Assembly: GCA_022784065.1 (NCBI GenBank)
Contig: JALFUO010000047.1
Span: 1 to 62,446, forward strand
Origin: Bacteroidales bacterium
GTDB lineage: Bacteria; Bacteroidota; Bacteroidia; Bacteroidales; Bacteroidaceae
Reading direction: 5' to 3'
Length of the DNA stretch: 62,446 nucleotides
The position numbers and the translations under genes are program-made. Each line of letters starts with the position of its first letter. The first letter of the stretch is position 1. The notes below the pieces were generated by a model. That model had not been told where the DNA came from, made no database searches, and was given only the letters and a program-made list of their open reading frames with translations. Shown piece after piece: positions 55,855 through 62,446 of the stretch.

Positions 55855-58494
55855 ATGGACAAACGCTTTGTAGCAGCGGCGGCTTTTGGTTTCCTCGTTT
55901 TCCTGCCGGCTTTGGCCGACGGTATCAAGGGTATCGTGAAAGATGCCAAGACGGGAGAGGAAATCATTGGCGCAACGATTGCCATTAAAGGAAAACCCGA
56001 CACAAAAACTATTTCAGGCCTCGACGGCTCTTTCTCTATCGACACGAAAGGAGGAGCGTGCACACTGGTGTGCACCTGCCTCGGCTACCGGCCGCTGGAA
56101 ATTGCGGCGCAGGAGGAGGAAAGCGTGGAAATATGCATGGACGGCAATGAGGTGACGCTCTTGGAAGCGGTGGTTATCGCCACCAATCCCGGCGTGACGG
56201 AGAGCGGCGCGCGGCAGTTGGAAAACAAGGCTATGCACGTGATGAACGTGATGAGCGCGAAAGCCATGGAACTTAGCCCCGACATCACCGTTGCCAGCGT
56301 CATACAGCGCATGAGCGGCGTGACGGTGGAGCAAAACAGCAGCGGCGAGGGACAATATGCCATACTGCGCGGTATGGACAAGCGATACAACTACACCCTC
56401 GTGAACGGCGTGAAGATTTCTTCGCCCGACAATAAGAACCGCTTCGTGCCCCTCGACCTTTTCCCCAGCGAAATGCTCGACCGCATAGAGGTGAGCAAGT
56501 CGCTGACGGCCGACATGGAGGGCGACGGTATCGGCGGCGCGGTAAATCTCGTGATGAAAGATGCGCCCGCCCGAAGGCAAATCACCGCCAACATTTCCAC
56601 CGGCTACAATGCCATGTATTTCGATCGCGACTTCACTTCGTTTAATTGGCGCGACGCCAACAAGAAGTCGCCCTATGAGGTGCAAGGCCGCCCCGAGTCG
56701 TACCGCGTCACGGCCGACGATTTCACTACGAAAAACTTGCATGTGAAAAACGCCGCAGCCCGCCCCGATCTCAACGCAGGCGTGAGTTACGGCGACCGCT
56801 TTTTCGACGGCAAGTTGGGCGTAATGGCAGCCCTCTGCTATCAGCATGCCAACAGAGGCAAGGAGGCTGAGGCTTATTATCTGCCGGGTAAGACCATTTA
56901 CGGCACGCAATTCCGCACTTACAGCACGGCCCAAACGCGCACCGCCGCCCACGCCAAGCTTGACTATAAACCCGCCGCGGCGCATAAGTTGACGTGGTAT
57001 GGCGGATACATGGATATGAAAGAGCAGCAAGTGCGCGACATGGCCGACGAGAAAAGCGGCAGCACGCGCCTGCGCTACACCCACCAATACATATTTTCCA
57101 CCACGCTGCAAGGCACGCACCATTTCGGCTCGTCGGGGCTGGAATTGGAATGGAAGGGTGCTTACAGCAAGGCGCTCAGCGAAACGCCCGACCAAGCGGA
57201 ATTAAATTTCATCGGCACGCATATCGCCAATACGGGTTCTGCCACGCGTCGCTGGGAGCACAACGACGACCGCGACCTCGCCGGCCATCTCGACTTGAGA
57301 TATAGCCACGGGTTGATGACTTACAGCGTGGGCGGCATGTATCGCGACAAGAAGCGCGGCAGCTTTTTCAACGAATACACCTTCGATAGTACCACCGGTA
57401 CTGCCAACCCGCAATATCGCGGCGAGGATTGGAACAACTTCGACGAACTCAAACTCAAGCCCCGCCCTTACGGCAATATCGGCGACCCGCTCAACTACGA
57501 CGCTACGGAGCAGATTGGCGCGGCTTACGCTATGACCAAAGCGAAGGGCAAGCGTTGGGACGCCACTGTAGGGCTGCGCGCGGAGCACACGGTGCAGGGA
57601 TACACGCTGATTTTCCCTCGCTACTCCGACCCCGATGGCGAGCAGCGTTACACGGACATTCTGCCCTCGGCCCATTTCAAGTATGAAATCCACCCCAAGG
57701 GCCGCCTGCATCTCAGTTACAACCGCTCCGTGAACCGCCCGAGCTTTTTTGAAATCGTGCCCTATACGATAATCAATGAAGATTATAAGGAAAAGGGCAA
57801 TCCCGACTTGGAACACACCGTTGCCGACAATATCGACCTCCGCTATGAGTTCTTCCCGAAAGGTAGCGAGCAGGTGATGGTGGGCCTCTTCTACAAGCAT
57901 CTCCACAACCCCATTGAATACGGCCTTATCAACGAGGGCCAAGACACATACTACAAGCCTATGAACTTGGGTAACGCCACGAACACCGGCGTTGAAATCG
58001 ACGTAATGAAATATTTCAAGTGTTTCGGCGTAAAGGCTAACTACACATTCACCCATAGCCGCATCACCACGAGCAAGAGAACCATGCAAGGCAGCGAAGT
58101 GATAAGTGTAAATCAGTCGCGCCCGCTGTTCGGACAGGCGGCCCACGTAGCCAACGTGAGCCTGCTTTATAAAAGTTCGCGCTGGCATTGGGAAGGCCAG
58201 ATATCTTATGGATATACAGGAAAGCGGCTCAGCGATATCAGCAACTGGCTCGACGATGATATTTGGGAAAAAGGCTATCATCGCCTCGACCTCTCGCTCG
58301 AAAAGGGCTTCCCGAAAGCGGGCATCACGCTCTTTTCCAAGGCATCCAACCTGCTCGATACGCCCGTAGTGCGCATTGTGGGGCGCGGCGACCACACGGC
58401 CACCGTTGACACGCCGCGCGACAATGGCTATGTGATTGAGCGTAAGGAGTGGCACGGCCAAAGCTTTATGTTCGGATTGCGTTGGAAATTGTAA
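55855..58494 (+). CDS. TonB-dependent receptor with N-terminal CarboxypepD_reg-like domain
   Basis: IKGIVKDAKTGEEIIGATI; plug RMSGVT..GEGQY..RG..RYN..VPLDLFP..IEVSKS.TADMEGD.IGGAVNL. Confidence 0.92.
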   Translation: MDKRFVAAAAFGFLVFLPALADGIKGIVKDAKTGEEIIGATIAIKGKPDTKTISGLDGSFSIDTKGGACTLVCTCLGYRPLEIAAQEEESVEICMDGNEVTLLEAVVIATNPGVTESGARQLENKAMHVMNVMSAKAMELSPDITVASVIQRMSGVTVEQNSSGEGQYAILRGMDKRYNYTLVNGVKISSPDNKNRFVPLDLFPSEMLDRIEVSKSLTADMEGDGIGGAVNLVMKDAPARRQITANISTGYNAMYFDRDFTSFNWRDANKKSPYEVQGRPESYRVTADDFTTKNLHVKNAAARPDLNAGVSYGDRFFDGKLGVMAALCYQHANRGKEAEAYYLPGKTIYGTQFRTYSTAQTRTAAHAKLDYKPAAAHKLTWYGGYMDMKEQQVRDMADEKSGSTRLRYTHQYIFSTTLQGTHHFGSSGLELEWKGAYSKALSETPDQAELNFIGTHIANTGSATRRWEHNDDRDLAGHLDLRYSHGLMTYSVGGMYRDKKRGSFFNEYTFDSTTGTANPQYRGEDWNNFDELKLKPRPYGNIGDPLNYDATEQIGAAYAMTKAKGKRWDATVGLRAEHTVQGYTLIFPRYSDPDGEQRYTDILPSAHFKYEIHPKGRLHLSYNRSVNRPSFFEIVPYTIINEDYKEKGNPDLEHTVADNIDLRYEFFPKGSEQVMVGLFYKHLHNPIEYGLINEGQDTYYKPMNLGNATNTGVEIDVMKYFKCFGVKANYTFTHSRITTSKRTMQGSEVISVNQSRPLFGQAAHVANVSLLYKSSRWHWEGQISYGYTGKRLSDISNWLDDDIWEKGYHRLDLSLEKGFPKAGITLFSKASNLLDTPVVRIVGRGDHTATVDTPRDNGYVIERKEWHGQSFMFGLRWKL

Positions 58495-58534
58495 AAACCG
58501 TTTATTCGCCAACAAAAATTTTATTATTATTATT

Positions 58535-59926
58535 ATGAAGAAAAGTAATCTTTTCCTGCTGCCCGCGCTTTTTGCGGCAGTCCTTACGCTGAACACGGCG
58601 TGCAGCGACGACGAAGCACCCGCCGCGCAAAACAATGCCGAGCAAACTCAAACTAATCCCACCGCACAGCAAGTGAGCGGCAACGTGAGCGGCACATGGA
58701 CGCGCGGCTCCGTTATCAACGTTACCGGCCACATCGTCGTGCCGCAAGGCCAGAGCCTTACGATTGAAGACGGCGTGCAGGTGATTTTCTCTGCTGAAGG
58801 CGTGGGCGTAAACCACGTGCCCATCGAATTTACCGTAAATGGCAACCTTTACATTAAGGGTACGGAAGCCTCGCCCGTGCTGCTCAGCACCGAGGCCGAC
58901 CTGCGCACGCCCGACAACGCCTTTGCCGGACTTTGGGGCGGCATCGTGGCAGGCGTTACCTGCGAGGAAATGCTCATCGACCACGCTATCATCGAATATA
59001 CCGGCGGACAGGTAATCGAGGGTAGCCCCGCCGCCGAAAACGGAGTATATACGGCAGGCGACGATGCCTATCCGCAAATCACTACCAACAATACCTCAGG
59101 TCGCTACGTCCTCACCAATAGCATCATTCGCAACGGCTGGAGCGACGGCATCTACCTTATGGGCGGCAACGCCATTATCCAGAACAACACGTTTGTTGCC
59201 AACGGCTACGACGGCGCAGAAGCCGTCAACTGCAAGGCAGGCGTTAAGGCCGACGTGGTTGGCAACGTGATGTTCTCGCCCAATACCAACGGCCTCAAGC
59301 TTTCGTCTTCCGGCCAGAGCGAAACGCGCGGCCAGGCCAAGATTGCCGCTTACAACAATACGATCATCAATGCCGGCTGGCGTCGCGACGGCGAAAAGGG
59401 CGGTTCGGTTTATGTGGAGAAAAACGCCCTCGTATATGTGTTCAACAATCTCTTGGTGAACTGCAAGTTCCGTGTGCAGACCCCGAAATATACCTCGCCC
59501 GACGACCCCGAAAAGGGCTATGCATCGGCCTCCGTTATCGACTACAACTATTACGCATCGGGTAGCCAGCGCAGCGCGATTGTGTTCCCCGACGAAAGCA
59601 ACGTGGCTTACGCTTGGGAGGGATATAACTACAACAACTCCAACTATTTCAACGGCACGGTAGATGCCCACAGCGTCATTGCCACGCAGGACAACGGCCG
59701 CGACCCGCTCTTCGTGAACTTCAACATCAACGGCGTGGCGCTCACCGACTATGCCTACAATTCTTCTTGGGACTTCCACCTGCAAGCCTCCTCGCCCGCA
59801 CTCTCCGGCGCCTATGCCGCAGGCGACATCACAGGCTATTTCACAAATAGCGGCATCAGTGTGGCAGGCCAGACTTTCACCTCTGCCGCCCCCGCCGCCC
59901 GCTTCGGTGCTTTCGGTACGAAGTAA
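58535..59926 (+). CDS. Surface lipoprotein with right-handed beta-helix
   Basis: Lipobox NTAC-SDDE; SLTIEDGVQVIF, G....PV, WGGI, IEYTG, NNTF/NNTI rungs, DFHLQASSPAL; start at MKKSNL. Confidence 0.8.
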   Translation: MKKSNLFLLPALFAAVLTLNTACSDDEAPAAQNNAEQTQTNPTAQQVSGNVSGTWTRGSVINVTGHIVVPQGQSLTIEDGVQVIFSAEGVGVNHVPIEFTVNGNLYIKGTEASPVLLSTEADLRTPDNAFAGLWGGIVAGVTCEEMLIDHAIIEYTGGQVIEGSPAAENGVYTAGDDAYPQITTNNTSGRYVLTNSIIRNGWSDGIYLMGGNAIIQNNTFVANGYDGAEAVNCKAGVKADVVGNVMFSPNTNGLKLSSSGQSETRGQAKIAAYNNTIINAGWRRDGEKGGSVYVEKNALVYVFNNLLVNCKFRVQTPKYTSPDDPEKGYASASVIDYNYYASGSQRSAIVFPDESNVAYAWEGYNYNNSNYFNGTVDAHSVIATQDNGRDPLFVNFNINGVALTDYAYNSSWDFHLQASSPALSGAYAAGDITGYFTNSGISVAGQTFTSAAPAARFGAFGTK

Positions 59927-59939
59927 TTCCTTAGATTTA

Positions 59940-60043
59940 TAGCAAACAAGTAAACGAGTAGACAAGTAAAACAAGCAAGTTGCCTGCCTAACAACATATA
60001 GTAAGCAGTCGTCTCAGTTTTGTCTACTTGTTTACTCGTTTAC
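59940..60043. repeat. 8-bp-period inverted-repeat element
   Basis: AAACAAGTAAACGAGTAGACAAGTA...TTGTCTACTTGTTTACTCGTTTAC. Confidence 0.85.
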
Positions 60044-60073
60044 GCTTCACCACCCCCAAAATAATCTTTTCCT

Positions 60074-61024
60074 ATGTTTTCCCGATTATTTTCCAAAATA
60101 CTCCTTTTCCTCCTGCCGCTCGCTGCTATGGCACAGACGGCGCAGGATTGGAAGGCAATGGAACGCTCCATCGGCGTGGTGCTTGCCAACGACCTCGGGC
60201 GCAATGGTTATTACGACCAAAAGCCCATTGCCGAAACTATGGCGGCACTCTGCGAGCAGGTTGACGTGGAGTGCGTCGTAGCCCCTGGCGACATACATCA
60301 TTTTGAGGGCGTGCGCTCTGTGGACGACCCGCTCTGGATGACCAACTACGAACTCATTTACAGCCACCCCGAACTCATGATTCCCTGGCATTGCACCCTC
60401 GGCAACCACGAGTATCGCGGCACTACGCAAGCCTGCATCGACTACACCCGCAAAAGCGCGCGCTGGAACATGCCCGAGCGTTACCACACGTTTGTGCTTA
60501 CGGCCGACGACGGCACCACGCTGCGCTTCGTGCTTATCGACACAACGCCCCTCATCGACAAATACCGCACCGAAACCGACAAGTATCCCGATGCCGCCTT
60601 GCAGGATCGCGACCGCCAGTTGGCGTGGATGGACTCCGTGCTCACGGCTGCCAACGAGGACTGGGTGCTTGTGGCTGGCCACCACCCCGTTTATGCCGAC
60701 ACGGGTAAGGACGATTGCGAACGCGCCGATATGCAGAAATACGTTCGCCCCGTGCTGCAGCGGCATTCAGATAAAGTGGCCATGTATCTCTGCGGGCACA
60801 TTCATAATTTCCAGCACATCCGTCCCGGCAACGGCGACCCGATAGACTACGTGGTCAATTCAAGCGCGTCGCTCTCGCGAAAGAAGGTGGCGCCCACGCC
60901 CGGAGCGGTGTTCGTGAGCGGTGAGAGCGGATTCTCGTTCATCGCGGCCGACCGCCACAGCCTCACGCTCTATATGCTCGACAAAGAAGGACGCACGCTC
61001 CATAAGATAGAGCGCACAAAGTAA
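60074..61024 (+). CDS. Secreted calcineurin-like metallophosphoesterase (purple/tartrate-resistant acid phosphatase-like)
   Basis: Signal peptide; NDLG, PGD, LGNHEY, GHHP, CGHIH. Confidence 0.9.
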   Translation: MFSRLFSKILLFLLPLAAMAQTAQDWKAMERSIGVVLANDLGRNGYYDQKPIAETMAALCEQVDVECVVAPGDIHHFEGVRSVDDPLWMTNYELIYSHPELMIPWHCTLGNHEYRGTTQACIDYTRKSARWNMPERYHTFVLTADDGTTLRFVLIDTTPLIDKYRTETDKYPDAALQDRDRQLAWMDSVLTAANEDWVLVAGHHPVYADTGKDDCERADMQKYVRPVLQRHSDKVAMYLCGHIHNFQHIRPGNGDPIDYVVNSSASLSRKKVAPTPGAVFVSGESGFSFIAADRHSLTLYMLDKEGRTLHKIERTK

Positions 61025-61147
61025 TCCATAAGAGAGTCCTTTCATTCTGCGCAGACGGTATTGCCGCCTGCGCAGTTTTTTTATTACCTCGGAGCTATTT
61101 CTTCCTTGCTCCAAGCAATTTTTCACTATCTGCGCAGATAATTTTTA

Positions 61148-61225
61148 TTACAAAGTTTGTAACAAGCGTTACAAACTTTGTAATACGTATTAGAAACTTT
61201 GTAATATGTATTACAAACTTTGTAA
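61148..61225. repeat. 21-bp-period palindrome array, copy 4
   Basis: Units at 61148, 61169, 61190, 61211; spacers CAAGCG, TACGTA, TATGTA; TCTGCGCAGA at 61046, 61129 and CCTGCGCAGT at 61067. Confidence 0.95.
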
Positions 61226-61379
61226 TAAAAATTATTTTAGCAGATAGGAAAAAATATCACGGGCTTAGGGAAGAATTTCCCCTTGATAGTAAAAAATATA
61301 AAGGAGATAATATTGGCGGCATAGGCAGATAGTTGGAATTAAAGCACTAATTTTGCAGAAAAGAAAAACGGAAGAAAGT

Positions 61380-62446
61380 ATGCTGCTTGTAATCGACGAT
61401 AAAATACCCTTTATGCGCGGGCAGGCCGAGAGGCTTGGCCGCGCTGTGTATCTGCCCGGAGCAGAGATAGGGCCGCGCGATGTGGCAGAAGCCGATGCGC
61501 TCATCGTGCGCACGAGGACGAAAATCGACAAACGCCTGCTCGACGGCTCGCGCGTGCGCTTCGTGGCCACTGCCACCATTGGCACGGACCATATCGACAC
61601 GGCCTATCTCGACAGCCGGGGCATAGGGTGGGCGAGTGCGCCGGGCTGCAATGCAGGGAGCGTGGCGCAATATGTGGCGTGCACCCTCGCCGTGCTGTGG
61701 CAGGAGGGCGTGCTGACGATGCCGCCCGAGAAGTGCACCGTGGGCGTAGTGGGCGTGGGGCACGTGGGCAAGCGCGTCTGCGAGGCCGTGGAACGCCTGG
61801 GCTGCCGCGTGCTGCGCTATGACCCTCCGAGGGCAGAAGCGGAGGGTGCGGCAGGTTTTGCCACGCTTGAAGAGGTAGCGGCCGAAGCCGATGTGGTGAC
61901 GATGCACGTGCCGCTCACCCGTGCGGGCAAATTTGCCACCTTCCACATGGCGGACGCGGCGTTTTTCGAGGCTTTGAAAAAGAAGCCCGTGTTTATCAAC
62001 GCGGCGCGCGGAGAGGTGGCCGACACCGACGCGCTCATTGCGGCGATTGACGCCGGAAAGGTCAGCGCGGCGGTAATCGACACTTGGGAGCACGAGCCGC
62101 GCATCTCGCCCGAACTGCTGCGCCGCGCCCGTATCGCCACGCCGCACATCGCGGGTTACAGTGCCGACGGCAAGGCTTGCGGCACGCGCATGGCACTCGA
62201 AGCCGTGGCGCGGGCGATGGGGCGCGATGACTTGCGGTTTGACGACATCCTGCCGCCACCCCTGCCCGAAGGCTTTGTGTATAGTCCTGAAGATTTTAAG
62301 AATGTTCCTGTCCTCGAAAAAGCAAACGAAATTTTCCCTCACCCGTGGCGCGAGATGCTGCGCCTCTATGACCCGCGCCGCGACAGCCGCGCCCTGAAAG
62401 CCTGCCCAGATAAGTTTGAGAAATTGATGGGCGACTACCCGCTGCG
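61380..62446 (+). CDS. pdxB: Erythronate-4-phosphate dehydrogenase (runs off window end)
   Basis: Hand-translated MLLVIDDKIPF..ADALIVRTRT..FVATATIGTDHID; same frame gives FEKLMGDYPL at the window end; absent from ORF track because no stop in window. Confidence 0.93.
   Translation, partial: MLLVIDDKIPFMRGQAERLGRAVYLPGAEIGPRDVAEADALIVRTRTKIDKRLLDGSRVRFVATATIGTDHIDTAYLDSRGIGWASAPGCNAGSVAQYVACTLAVLWQEGVLTMPPEKCTVGVVGVGHVGKRVCEAVERLGCRVLRYDPPRAEAEGAAGFATLEEVAAEADVVTMHVPLTRAGKFATFHMADAAFFEALKKKPVFINAARGEVADTDALIAAIDAGKVSAAVIDTWEHEPRISPELLRRARIATPHIAGYSADGKACGTRMALEAVARAMGRDDLRFDDILPPPLPEGFVYSPEDFKNVPVLEKANEIFPHPWREMLRLYDPRRDSRALKACPDKFEKLMGDYPL

Noticed and set aside
58521-58535. (TTA)5 run before the beta-helix lipoprotein as a phase-variation tract
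   Set aside because: Short, outside the CDS, and typical of AT-rich Bacteroidetes translation leaders
61347-62342. 331-aa minus-strand ORF at the window end
   Set aside because: Antisense shadow of pdxB, which is on the plus strand from 61380

Overview
Chromosomal segment of a Bacteroidales bacterium, probably Prevotellaceae (TAnnTTTG promoters, AT-rich leaders without Shine-Dalgarno, T9SS-type C-termini, TonB receptors with lipoprotein partners). It appears to be origin-proximal: a DnaA-box cluster with tandem boxes, a trinucleotide-periodic run and an AT-rich patch lies at ~44.35-44.82 kb, and two parS-like sites flank mnmG. About 40 genes are present. Housekeeping: metK, dprA, mnmG-apt-uvrC-dtd-MazG-like-deoC, polyprenyl synthetase, polA, gltX-waaA-GTs-recX, ribD, prmC, rbfA, a glycogen cluster and partial pdxB. 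Accessory: HigBA, a B12-riboswitch btuB/btuG-like pair, TBDR-DUF4249, T9SS cargo proteins and a TBDR/beta-helix lipoprotein/phosphatase operon behind a Pho-box-like promoter. SAM-II and cobalamin riboswitches are recognisable. The most striking unexplained signal is non-coding: four dispersed arrays of exactly four 15-bp palindromes at 21-bp period with 6-bp YR-alternating spacers (dif/tyrosine-recombinase-core-like junctions). One array has a compensated variant palindrome and sits upstream of an HU-like gene. At least five other families of small palindromic elements occur, some nested in each other or inside the riboswitch, with no transposase in the window. All calls are by inspection; no searches were run.
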